A stretch of DNA of 37,204 nucleotides. Origin: an uncultured Sulfuritalea sp. Its GTDB lineage: Bacteria > Pseudomonadota > Gammaproteobacteria > Burkholderiales > Rhodocyclaceae. The position numbers and the translations under genes were made by a program. Below are positions 1-8,626 of this stretch, one piece after another. The stretch spans positions 1 to 37,204 of the forward strand of contig CAZGQB010000001.1 of NCBI GenBank assembly GCA_964527055.1, written 5' to 3'. The stretch's first letter is position 1. Every line of letters starts with the position of its first letter. The notes beneath the pieces are model-generated. The model was given only the letters and a program-made list of their open reading frames with translations, was not told the origin of the DNA and searched no databases.

Positions 1-51
1 CGTTCAGCATAGTTCGATAGCCCAACCGTGGGGGCCGGTGAAATATCCGGG
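1..51 (+). mobile_element. Probable right end of an IS1380-family insertion sequence (rest lies outside the window)
   Basis: GTGAAATATCCGGG (38-51) followed by CTAA. The + frame 2..55 is open and ends ...VKYPG*. This resembles, from memory, IS1380-type right ends that are followed by a short CTAG/CTAA target. It coincides with the point where the minus-strand gene loses its family-like sequence. Confidence 0.5.
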
Positions 52-317
52 CTAACCGCCTGCCATCCGGCGCGCGGGGCGCGGCGGGCGAGGCGGTCGA
101 CGAAACGCGTCAGGTCGAAGCCGGGCAGGCGCGCGTTGCTGGGGAAGCTGAACAGGTCGAAGCCGGCGTGGTCGTGGGGGAACTCGGCGGACCAGCGGCC
201 GAAGCCGAGCCGGTCCCAGTCGTAGTTGAACAGCACCAGGGTGCGCGGGGCGGTTGTGCGGCGGCCTTGCGGCCGTGGATTTTCGTCCGGTGAAACGGGC
301 ATCACTGTTTTTTTCAT
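52..317 (-). pseudogene. 5' fragment of an ATP-grasp-like protein gene, probably truncated by the IS end
   Basis: Not in the ORF track because there is no stop before the window edge. Manual translation from ATG 317 (or 302) gives MKKTVMPVSP...RTLVLFNYDWDRLGFGRW...AGFDLFSFPSNARLPGFDLTRFVDRLARRAPRAGWQAV with typical high-GC codons. It resembles the N-terminus of betaproteobacterial ATP-grasp proteins as I recall them, and reads into unrelated sequence below ~52. Confidence 0.5.
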
Positions 318-468
318 CCTTTGCTGCAAGTGGAGCCGCTGTGCATTGTCGCAATCCACTGTTGGCAAATTGATGTGCAGCTCGCCGAGCCGGCTGTCGC
401 CATCCGCAAGGGGTATACTTCTTACAGATGGTACCGGAAACATCCAATTTCAACCGAGGAACCCTGAC

Positions 469-795
469 ATGAGCGACTTCGACTATGTCCAGCTGCGCTG
501 GATCAAGCAATTCGAGCAACTCGATAATCAGATATTGCAGGAAGCGGCCTTGTGTCAAATCCGGATACTCGACCCCGGCGTGATCGAGCGTGTGTTGCAG
601 AACGACAAGCTGGTCTGCGGTACCGACAATCCCTCCGCCTTTGCCAAGCTGCACTCGCTGGCCATGATTCATTACCAGCTGTGGGACAAGGCCGTGGTCG
701 CGCTCGGCCAGGAGGGGGCGGTGCGCATCATGAGTGAAATTAGGGATCGGATGCGCGCACGCTACGGTGCAAGCCTGGGTGGCACCGCCACCTAG
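469..795 (+). CDS. Hypothetical protein (108 aa, predicted helical, two Cys)
   Basis: GAGGA RBS at 456-460 before ATG 469, a TATACT -10-like hexamer at 414-419, and protein-like composition. The start at 226 in the track is unlikely. Confidence 0.75.
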   Translation: MSDFDYVQLRWIKQFEQLDNQILQEAALCQIRILDPGVIERVLQNDKLVCGTDNPSAFAKLHSLAMIHYQLWDKAVVALGQEGAVRIMSEIRDRMRARYGASLGGTAT

Positions 796-807
796 CTCGG
801 CACGTGG

Positions 808-2547
808 TTACGCTCCGGATCTGCTTGTCCCGGACTCCGCTGTCGATGCAGGGAACTGCTGCCGGAAGGCCTCAAGAGCCTTCTTCACCGAAACGAAAAA
901 ATCCCGCCGCCCCATTTCTTCCGACAGGCCGACCCGGGCGAGCTGTTCGAGCAGCGGGCGCGGCGCATCGGCGACCTTCAGTTCGATGCCGCTTTCCGCG
1001 AGCTCCCGATCGAGTTCCGCGAATCGCTGCGCGGCGGTCACGTCCATGTCATGGATCGCCTGGGCGTCGATCACCAGCCACTTGACGGGCGGGTCCGCCG
1101 CGGCGACCAGCTCCCGGATCCGGGTAACAACATGCCTGGCATTGGCGAAAATCAGCGGCGCGTAGAGCCGATAGACCAGCAAGCCGGGAACCGTATCCGT
1201 TTCCTCCTCATCCGCGCGGCAATCGTGGAATTTGGCATCGCTGCGGCGTATGCGCAGTACGGCGTCGTCAGGGCGCGAAATGCCGACCAGCACCATGGTC
1301 AGCGACAGCAGCAGGCCGAGGATGATGCCCGGCACCACGCCGGCAACCAGGATCACCAGGGTCACCCCGACGGCGATGCCGGCCTCGACGCGATCGATGG
1401 CGTAGAGACGCTTGAGGGACGCCACCTCCAGCATGCCGACCGCGGTAACGATCAGGATCGCAGCGAGGGCGACTTTCGGCAGCAGCGCGATCAGGTCGGT
1501 GAGGAAAAACAGGAATACCAGCAGGCCCAGGGCCAGTATCAGTTGTGCGACCTGCGTCAGGCCGCCGGCCGAATCGACGACCGAGGTGCGCGACTGGCTG
1601 GCCGAAACCGGAAACCCTTGCCAGACCGCGGCGAGCAGGTTCGCCGCGCCCAATGCGACCAGTTCGCGGTTGGGACTTACCTCGTAGCCATTTTTTTCGG
1701 CAAAGGTTTGCGCCAGCAGGATGCCGTCCGAAAAGGCCAGGAAGGCGATCGCTACCGCCGCCGGCGCCAGTGCCGCGACATCGGCCCAGCGCAAGGCGGG
1801 TAGGCTCAAGTGCGGTACCCCGGACGGAACCTCGCCGGCCAGTGCAATGCCGTACTCGCCGAGGTCGAGGACGAGGGTGGCGGCAATCGCCACGGCACAG
1901 ACCGCCAGCGCTCCGGGAATCCGCGGCAGCCAGCGCGCCAGTCCTGTCAACAGCCCGACCAGCAGCACGCCGAGCACGAAGGTCGGCACCTGCGTCTCGG
2001 CCAGTTTGCCGAACACCGTGAATACGACCTGGAAAAACTCCTCCCCTTCGGTCTTGATGCCGAACATCTTGCCCAGTTGCGTGGCGACCAGCACCAGCGA
2101 CGCTCCGTTGAGGTAGCCGATCAGCACCGGACGCGACAGCAGGTCGGCGATGACCCCCAGCTTGAGCGCCGCGGCGAGCAGCAGGACGATCCCCGAGAGC
2201 ATGCCCAGCGCCGCCGCCAGGGCGACGATGCGGGCCGGATCGCCGCCCGACAGTGGCAGGATCGCCGAACCGGCGAGCAGGCCGATCGCCGCATCCGGTC
2301 CGGCGATGACGTGCCGCGAACTGGAGAACAGGGCGTAGCCGATCGCCGCCGCGAGCGCGGCGTAAAGCCCTGCGATCGGCGGCAGGTGCACCAGCTCGGC
2401 GTAGGCGATCACCGACGGAATCGAAACGATGCAGGCCGAGAGACCGGCAATCGAATCCTTGCCCAACCAGACCAGCCGGTAGCTGCGCAGCGTCGCCAGC
2501 AGCGGAAAGGCAGATACCAGGCGGACAAGAAATGCGGCGGCATTCAT
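808..2547 (-). CDS. SulP/SLC26 family anion transporter with C-terminal STAS domain
   Basis: DSIAGL...IPSVIAYAEL...GLY...SSRHVIAGP, NRELVALGAANL, SQSRT motifs, many TM segments, and a STAS domain (LIFANA, VIDAQAIHDMDVTA). Start set at ATG 2547; the track extends to 2619. Confidence 0.93.
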   Translation of the reverse strand: MNAAAFLVRLVSAFPLLATLRSYRLVWLGKDSIAGLSACIVSIPSVIAYAELVHLPPIAGLYAALAAAIGYALFSSSRHVIAGPDAAIGLLAGSAILPLSGGDPARIVALAAALGMLSGIVLLLAAALKLGVIADLLSRPVLIGYLNGASLVLVATQLGKMFGIKTEGEEFFQVVFTVFGKLAETQVPTFVLGVLLVGLLTGLARWLPRIPGALAVCAVAIAATLVLDLGEYGIALAGEVPSGVPHLSLPALRWADVAALAPAAVAIAFLAFSDGILLAQTFAEKNGYEVSPNRELVALGAANLLAAVWQGFPVSASQSRTSVVDSAGGLTQVAQLILALGLLVFLFFLTDLIALLPKVALAAILIVTAVGMLEVASLKRLYAIDRVEAGIAVGVTLVILVAGVVPGIILGLLLSLTMVLVGISRPDDAVLRIRRSDAKFHDCRADEEETDTVPGLLVYRLYAPLIFANARHVVTRIRELVAAADPPVKWLVIDAQAIHDMDVTAAQRFAELDRELAESGIELKVADAPRPLLEQLARVGLSEEMGRRDFFVSVKKALEAFRQQFPASTAESGTSRSGA

Positions 2548-2551
2548 GCCC

Positions 2552-2565
2552 GTGATCTTGATCAA
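2552..2565. promoter_or_regulatory. FNR/FixK-like box GTGAT-CTTG-ATCAA
   Basis: 9 of 10 match to TTGAT-N4-ATCAA in the divergent sulP/hypothetical intergenic region. It lies only a few bases from the proposed sulP ATG, so its role is uncertain. Confidence 0.35.
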
Positions 2566-2749
2566 TCCGGAACGAATTGGCAACAGTGTTCCGCATTGGA
2601 TGTTTCGCGCTTTTGCCACCGCGCGACTTCGCCGCCGGCATCGTTCCGCACGCGGGGCGCCGCGGGTCCGGAGATGCCGCGGGCGATGCTGCGGCCGCGA
2701 CCGGAGGTGATAGGATTGCCCGCATTACTTCGGTTGCAGGGGTGATGCC

Positions 2750-3778
2750 ATGGGTATTCTCGACTGGTTCAAGAACCGTCAGGGGCAGTTCGATCCGGAC
2801 CATGTATCCCCGGAAATGATGGATTGGGCGCTGGAGAAAGCCATTACCGTGACCAATCCCAAGCTCAAACTGCTCCCGGATTGTCGCAAGCGCCTGGTGC
2901 CGGCCATCGAAACCACCGCCAGGTTCCTGCGCCCGCAGCTATTGTCGCTGCCGGCCGCGCAGCTCCTTGCACCGGGTGCCTGGTCGGCCGATCCGGTCTT
3001 GCGGGCATTTTTCGTGGCCCCGGCGGATATCCAGCAGGTACTCGGCGATTCGGACAATCTGCGCGGGCTGTTCGACAACCATCCGGAAATCGACGCGGCG
3101 TACGCGGCGCTCGGGATGCGATTCAAGGTTCAGCAGGTGTTCGGCATGGCATTGCAGGGGGATACGGTGCGGCGCGACGTGGCCCAGACCAGCGCGAGCT
3201 TCTCGGATCATCGCGCGCGACTGTGCGAATCCGATGAACGGCGCCTGCGCCGGGTCATCGGCGTCGAGATATTCGAATATCTCCTGTCCCAGGCCATGTT
3301 CCGGATCGGTGAGGAGCGCGAGGAGAGGCAGGATCTGCAGACCAGTCGTTCGCTGATGCGGTCGCGTTTGAGGCTGCTGCAGCAACATGGCCCCGGCCTG
3401 GGGTCGATGCTTGGCGAGGCACCGGCAGCGAAAAGCGAGCAGGCCAGGCTGGAGGCGGAACTGCTGGAGAACGAGCGGCAAATGGAAGCGCTGGGGGGCG
3501 GTGATTCGGTGCTGGAAGCTGAGCTCGAAACCCTGGCGGACGTGCTCGGCAACCCGCAGCGTTACATACATTTTGACTCGAAACGCCTGCACCTGAGCCG
3601 GATGAACCTGGTAGTCGACGAAGGCAGTACGGAAGAGGCGTTCGATATCGATTTCGCCGTCGCCGAAATCACGGGGTCCAAGCCGACGACCCGGGCCTTC
3701 ATCCTGGTTCGCGTTCTCCGCGCGGACCTGCCGCCGCCGAAAAAACTCGATATCGATGACGCAGCGCGTTACCTTTGA
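2750..3778 (+). CDS. Hypothetical protein (342 aa) with a central coiled-coil-like segment
   Basis: Long ORF with AGGGG RBS and good codon usage. It has an E/R/L/Q-rich helical stretch (EEREERQDLQ...EQARLEAELLENERQMEAL) and no motif I recognise. Confidence 0.8.
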   Translation: MGILDWFKNRQGQFDPDHVSPEMMDWALEKAITVTNPKLKLLPDCRKRLVPAIETTARFLRPQLLSLPAAQLLAPGAWSADPVLRAFFVAPADIQQVLGDSDNLRGLFDNHPEIDAAYAALGMRFKVQQVFGMALQGDTVRRDVAQTSASFSDHRARLCESDERRLRRVIGVEIFEYLLSQAMFRIGEEREERQDLQTSRSLMRSRLRLLQQHGPGLGSMLGEAPAAKSEQARLEAELLENERQMEALGGGDSVLEAELETLADVLGNPQRYIHFDSKRLHLSRMNLVVDEGSTEEAFDIDFAVAEITGSKPTTRAFILVRVLRADLPPPKKLDIDDAARYL

Positions 3779-3880
3779 GACGCCGTTGAGGCGCAGGAAA
3801 TACCCGGTCCCTTGCGGGTGAATCGCCGCACCGCCAGCGCCGACTTTTCAGAGCGGGCGGACGCCGGTTCCGGGCGGTGC

Positions 3881-4663
3881 TCAGGCCATGATGTTGATGC
3901 CGCCGTCGACATACACCGTGTCGCCGGTCATGCGGCGGGCATAGGGGCTGGCGAGGTAGGCGCAGGCGAAGCCGACGTCCATGATGTCGACCAGCTCGCC
4001 GACCGGCGCCCGCGCCATGGCCTGGTTGAGCAGCATGTCGAAGTCCTTGAGGCCGGAGGCGGCGCGGGTCTTGAGCGGCCCGGGGGAAATCGGATGGACG
4101 CGGATCTTGCGCGGACCGAGTTCGTAGGCGAGGTAGCGGCAGGAGGCTTCGAGCGCCGCCTTGACCGGGCCCATCACGTTGTAGTTGGGCACCACTTTCG
4201 CCGCGCCGTGGTAGCTCATGGCGAACATGGAGCCGCCATCCTTCATCAGCGGCGCCGCCAGTCTGGCCATGCGGATGAAGGAGTGCACCGAGATATCCAT
4301 CGCCATGGCGAAGCCTTCGGCCGAACAGTCGATCAACCCGCCCTTGATGTCTTCCTTCTTTGCCGAAGCGATGGAATGTACGAAGATGTCCAGTTGCCCC
4401 CATTCCTTCCTGATCCGCTTGAACAGGGCTTCGATGTCGCCGGGTTTGGATACGTCGAGCGGCAGAAACAGGGGTGATTCGACGGCCTGGGCGAGAGGTT
4501 CGACGTGCGGCTTTGCCTTGTCGTTGAGGTAGGTGATCGCGACATCGGCCCCGGCCTCGCGGAACGCCCGGGCGCAACCGTAGGCGATCGAATGTTCGTT
4601 GGCGATGCCGACGACCAGGGCCTTCTTGCCTTCAAGGATGGGGCGACGCGTTTTGTTGCCCAT
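3881..4663 (-). CDS. fabI: Enoyl-ACP reductase FabI (paralogue typical of DUF3141 clusters)
   Basis: GIANEHSIAYGCA, VHSIA, catalytic Y-x6-K (YNVMGPVK), ISPGPLKTRAASG and DGG motifs. The ATG overlaps the upstream stop (TAATG). Confidence 0.93.
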   Translation of the reverse strand: MGNKTRRPILEGKKALVVGIANEHSIAYGCARAFREAGADVAITYLNDKAKPHVEPLAQAVESPLFLPLDVSKPGDIEALFKRIRKEWGQLDIFVHSIASAKKEDIKGGLIDCSAEGFAMAMDISVHSFIRMARLAAPLMKDGGSMFAMSYHGAAKVVPNYNVMGPVKAALEASCRYLAYELGPRKIRVHPISPGPLKTRAASGLKDFDMLLNQAMARAPVGELVDIMDVGFACAYLASPYARRMTGDTVYVDGGINIMA

Positions 4664-6945
4664 TACGCTTTCCTTTCGGTTTTGGCCGAGGTTTTGGCGG
4701 GTTTTGCGGGTTTGCGGGCCGCCGGGACTTTTGCCGGTGCCTTGTCCTGCTTGGCGGCACCGTACATTTTCTCGATGATCGCCAGGCGTTCGGCGCGTTC
4801 GCCGGTCGGTTTGCCCGCGGCTTGCACGGTGCGGCGGATGGCTTCCAGGGCTTTTGTGCGCCTGGCGGCATCGGCCGGCAACATCTTCGGAATGGCGGCG
4901 AGCGCCGTGTCCTGGTCGAGCAGCAGGCTGAAGAACTGCTCGCGCAGCATCTGCTTGAACTCCGGCAGTGCCATGCCGCTGTTCTCGGCGCGGATTTTCT
5001 TCAGTTCGTTGAATGCCCGTTCATCGACACCCTCTCCGGCCAGACCGATGAATACCAGGCTGCGGATCGTCGCTTCGTGCACGCCGCCCTCGGCGATGCG
5101 CGCCTTCAGTTCGGCAATCCGCTTCTGGATGAAGGCGATGCGCTTCGGGTCTGCTTCCGGCCGTTTGCGCGGTTCATCGGACGCCGGAACTCCCACCAGC
5201 GTCTGCAGCAGCGGGGAGCTGTAGGTCGCCAGGAAGATCTGCTCCATGGTCTTGTCGCGCATGTCGCGGTAGCCGTCGAGAGCACCGACGATCGCCTCCG
5301 ATACCTTCCCCTGCCATTCGAGCAGCGGATTGTCGGGGGATGCCGGCTGGCGCTGCTGGCGAACCTGTTCGGCGAGTTGGGCCACCAGGTGCATCAGCGG
5401 GTTGCGGTCGGAGAAAATCTCGAAGGGCAGTTCCGACGGATTGAGCTTCTTCATCAGTTCGGCGGTCTGCTCGTTGGTCGAGGCCTGCACCAGGGGTTGC
5501 AGCAAGGTTCGATACAGACCGAGATTGATTTCCGACACCCGTTGCGCGGCGGCAAAGCGGCGATCGTTCTCGGGATCGGGCCGGACGACGGCGCGGATGT
5601 CATCCATGCTGCGCGGCTCGAAGCGCACGATCCAGTCCCCGACCACCAGCTCCGGATTGTCGTCGGCAGCCGATTTCGGCGTCATCACCGCTTCATAGAG
5701 CCCGGGCGGCAAGATGTCGATCAGATCGATGTTGGAGGCGAATTCGTTGTGTTCCTTCTTGGCGATGCCACCCGAGACGAAGATGCCGAGATGGCCGACG
5801 CTTTCGTGGATGGCATAGATGATGGTCTGGCCGCAGGCGCGGATATCATCGACCTCGCCGTACAGGTCGGCGATCCAGCCCAGGGCCTGCTGCGGCGGCG
5901 TGATGTTGTCGCCCTTGGAACAGAAACAGATGATCGGCGAACGGATGTTGCGCAGGTCGATGGGCTGCCCGTCGCTGGTGACGATTTCACCCGTGGCCAG
6001 CTTGTTGCCGATGAACAGCTGGTCGACGATCCACTGGATTTCCTCGGCATTGAGGTTGACGTGGCCGCCCCACCATTTCTCGAATTCGAGGAAGCGCTCG
6101 GCGCCCTTGTCGACGTTCGACCAGATGTCGTAGTTCTTGCTCCACAGCGTGTTGGCCGGGTTGAGGTTTTCGAAGTTCTTGACCAGATGGCCACCATCGA
6201 ATTTGCCGTTGCCCAGGTCGCTGGTCAGCGCCGTCACCCAGCTGCCGCCCGAAAGGCCCCCGGTGTAGCGCATCGGATTCTCGCCTTCGATTCCGGCCCA
6301 GTAGGACAGGGGCGAGCCGGGAACGATGATCGGGCCGAACAGCTCCGGCCGGACCGCGGCAACCAGCAGGACGGCCCAGCCGGCCTGGCAGTTGCCGATG
6401 ACGCAGGGCTTGCCCTCGGCTTGCGGGTGGAGGGCGATGACCTTTTCGAGGAACACCGCCTCGGCGCGCATGATGTCCTCGATGGTCTGCCCCGGCATCG
6501 GCTCGGGAGTGAAGCCGACGAAGTAGCAGGGATGTCCGGCGCGCAGCGCCACGCCGATTTCACTGTCGGCCTTGAAGCCGCCGATGCCCGGACCATGACC
6601 GGCGCGCGGGTCGACCACGACGAAGGGGCGCTTTTTTGGATCGATGCTAACGCCCGCCGGGGGCTTGATGCGCACCAGCAGGTAGTTGGCCGGCCGCTTG
6701 AAGGTACGGGCATCAAGTACCAGTTCGGCGTCGAAGTTGAGCACGTGCGGTACCGCCTTGGCCTTTTGCGCGTAGTACTGCTCGCTGCGCTGGCGCAGCA
6801 GATCCCAGAACAGGATGGTGCGCTGCGTCGCGTCGACCACGTATTCACCGACGGGGCCCCAGGCCTGGATGAACGGATTCATGCCGAAGGGCATGGCGGA
6901 CGCCGGCTTGGCCGCAGCCGTGGTTTTGCTGGTTGTGCTGGACAT
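4663..6945 (-). CDS. DUF3141 family protein; PHA synthase/depolymerase-like alpha/beta hydrolase (760 aa)
   Basis: VVDPRAGHGPGIGGFK motif, GNCQAG box (Cys 6388-6390), KGDNITPP (Asp 5908-5910) and GHLGIF (His 5791-5793). AGGAG RBS precedes ATG 6945. C-terminal tail is A/K/P-rich. Confidence 0.88.
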   Translation of the reverse strand: MSSTTSKTTAAAKPASAMPFGMNPFIQAWGPVGEYVVDATQRTILFWDLLRQRSEQYYAQKAKAVPHVLNFDAELVLDARTFKRPANYLLVRIKPPAGVSIDPKKRPFVVVDPRAGHGPGIGGFKADSEIGVALRAGHPCYFVGFTPEPMPGQTIEDIMRAEAVFLEKVIALHPQAEGKPCVIGNCQAGWAVLLVAAVRPELFGPIIVPGSPLSYWAGIEGENPMRYTGGLSGGSWVTALTSDLGNGKFDGGHLVKNFENLNPANTLWSKNYDIWSNVDKGAERFLEFEKWWGGHVNLNAEEIQWIVDQLFIGNKLATGEIVTSDGQPIDLRNIRSPIICFCSKGDNITPPQQALGWIADLYGEVDDIRACGQTIIYAIHESVGHLGIFVSGGIAKKEHNEFASNIDLIDILPPGLYEAVMTPKSAADDNPELVVGDWIVRFEPRSMDDIRAVVRPDPENDRRFAAAQRVSEINLGLYRTLLQPLVQASTNEQTAELMKKLNPSELPFEIFSDRNPLMHLVAQLAEQVRQQRQPASPDNPLLEWQGKVSEAIVGALDGYRDMRDKTMEQIFLATYSSPLLQTLVGVPASDEPRKRPEADPKRIAFIQKRIAELKARIAEGGVHEATIRSLVFIGLAGEGVDERAFNELKKIRAENSGMALPEFKQMLREQFFSLLLDQDTALAAIPKMLPADAARRTKALEAIRRTVQAAGKPTGERAERLAIIEKMYGAAKQDKAPAKVPAARKPAKPAKTSAKTERKA

Positions 6946-7013
6946 GGTGATGCTCCTAATCTGCGGATTGCATGGTGTGGTGCGTAATGGAAACCTGTGG
7001 CGGCTGCCGCGGC

Positions 7014-7952
7014 CTAGACGATCTTCGCCGCATTCCCGCGCCGTGCATTGGCCACCATCACGGCGACGGCGCAGGAGGCCAGGCGCGTCATCACCGAATC
7101 GGCGCGGCTGGTCAGGATGATCGGCACCCGGGCGCCGAGCACGATGCCCGCCGCGTCGGCGCCGGCGAGGAAGGACAGGCTCTTGGCCAGCATGTTGCCC
7201 GCTTCGAGGTCGGGCACCACCAGGACGTTGGCGCGGCCGGCTACCGGCGAGTCGATCTTCTTGATCGCCACCGATTCCAGGCTGATCGCATTGTCGAGCG
7301 CCAGCGGGCCGTCGAGGATGGCGCCGGTGATCTGCCCGCGATCCGCCATCTTGCACAGGGCGCCGGCTTCGATCGTCGAAGGTACGTCGGGGTTGATGGT
7401 CTCCATCGCCGAGAGCAGTGCGACGCGGACTTCGTCGAACTGCAGGTCGTGGGCAAGGTCGATGGCATTCTGGGTGATGTCGACCTTTTCCTTGAGCGTC
7501 GGCGCGATATTCACGGCGGCATCGGTGACGATCAGCGTTTCGCCGTAGCTGGGGACGTCCATCACGAAGCAGTGGCTGACGCGGCGCGCGGTGCGCAGCC
7601 CGGTTTCGCGGCGGACGACGGCGCCCATCAGTTCGTCGGTATGCAGGCTACCCTTCATCAGCGCCTCGGCGCGGCCCTCGCGCACCAGCTCGACGGCCCG
7701 CGCGGCAGAGGCCTGGCTGTAGGGTGCATCGACGATCTCGGTGGCGCCGAGATCGATGCCGAATTTCTGCGCGGTGGCTTCGATCTTGTCCTTCGGGCCG
7801 ACGAGGATGGGCACGATCAGCCCCATTTTTGCCGCATCCATGGCACCTGACAGCGAGCTTTCATCACAGGGGTGGGCGACGGCCACGGTGGTCGGCGGCA
7901 GGGTCTTGCAGAAATCGATCAGGCGCTGGTACTTGACATGCGGATTGCTCAT
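7014..7952 (-). CDS. Phosphate acetyl/butyryl-transferase (Ptb-like, single domain)
   Basis: LMKGSLHTDELM, RRVSH, TDAAVNIAP, DGPLALDNAIS, PDLEAGNMLAK and IILTSRAD motifs. There is no N-terminal MaoC domain. Confidence 0.92.
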   Translation of the reverse strand: MSNPHVKYQRLIDFCKTLPPTTVAVAHPCDESSLSGAMDAAKMGLIVPILVGPKDKIEATAQKFGIDLGATEIVDAPYSQASAARAVELVREGRAEALMKGSLHTDELMGAVVRRETGLRTARRVSHCFVMDVPSYGETLIVTDAAVNIAPTLKEKVDITQNAIDLAHDLQFDEVRVALLSAMETINPDVPSTIEAGALCKMADRGQITGAILDGPLALDNAISLESVAIKKIDSPVAGRANVLVVPDLEAGNMLAKSLSFLAGADAAGIVLGARVPIILTSRADSVMTRLASCAVAVMVANARRGNAAKIV

Positions 7953-8488
7953 TGTTGCGGCTCCGATGGAGTGAGATCAAGGCTGATGTGGATGACGCCG
8001 TCGGCGCTGTGCGTGGTCATCGGCCAGCCGCAGCGCCCGAAGACGCCGAGCATGGCGGTGTTGTGCGGCAGCACTTCGGCGACGAATGTCCGGATGCCGG
8101 CGGCCGTGGCGATTTTTCCGAGATGGGTGAGCAGGCGGCGGGCGATGCCGAGCCGGTGGTAATCCTCTTCGACTAGAAAGGCGACTTCCGCAACGGCGTC
8201 CCCGCAGCGCACATAGGTACCCGAGGCGATGACGATTTCACGACCGCTCTCCTGCACGGTGCAGACCAGGATGACGCGGGTATCGAAATCGGCTTCGCGG
8301 AGGTTTTTCAATTCCGCCGCCGAAATTTCCTTTTTTGGCCCGAAAAAGCGCAGATAGATGGATTCGGGGTCGAGCTTGTGGAAGGCCTCGACCAGCAGAT
8401 CGCCGTCCTTCGGGCGCACCGCACGGATGCATACCGCAAGGCCGTTGCGCAGGGTTTCATGTATCAGATAGTCGCGTGCGTCGATCAT
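7949..8488 (-). CDS. GNAT N-acetyltransferase resembling the GNAT domain of Pat/PatZ protein lysine acetyltransferases
   Basis: IRAVRPKD, ESIYLRFF, AEVAFLVEEDYHRLGIA and AEVLPHNTAML motifs. Its stop overlaps the pta start (ATGA). Confidence 0.87.
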   Translation of the reverse strand: MIDARDYLIHETLRNGLAVCIRAVRPKDGDLLVEAFHKLDPESIYLRFFGPKKEISAAELKNLREADFDTRVILVCTVQESGREIVIASGTYVRCGDAVAEVAFLVEEDYHRLGIARRLLTHLGKIATAAGIRTFVAEVLPHNTAMLGVFGRCGWPMTTHSADGVIHISLDLTPSEPQQ

Positions 8489-8557
8489 GGATTTGCCCCG
8501 TTGCTATGTTCGCATCGGCAGGACATTTGTCATTCAAACAGTATTTTGTTACAGTTG

Positions 8558-8569
8558 TGCGACGCAGCA
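8558..8569. promoter_or_regulatory. Putative PhaR-type binding site TGCGACGCAGCA
   Basis: Matches the TGCRNYGCASMA-type PhaR consensus as I recall it. It lies in the AT-rich promoter region ~70 bp upstream of the GNAT-pta-DUF3141-fabI operon. Confidence 0.5.
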
Positions 8570-8626
8570 TCAGTTGATAGTTGATGTCATTGCTTGTCGG
8601 CCGAGATCAGAAATTGCAGCATGCCA

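Noticed and set aside
370-383. FNR half-site TTGAT upstream of the 108-aa gene
   Set aside because: The second half-site does not match and the spacing to the -10 is atypical.
4822-6987. Long antisense ORFs (also 12212-13819, 15036-16538, 26449-28029, 33661-34980)
   Set aside because: These are stop-poor shadow frames expected in high-GC DNA opposite well-supported genes, with no recognisable motifs.
6946-7356. N-terminal extension of the 897-aa ORF suggesting a Pta-DUF3141 fusion or frameshift
   Set aside because: The extension is an off-frame overlap with pta. A clear AGGAG RBS precedes ATG 6945 and pta has its own stop.
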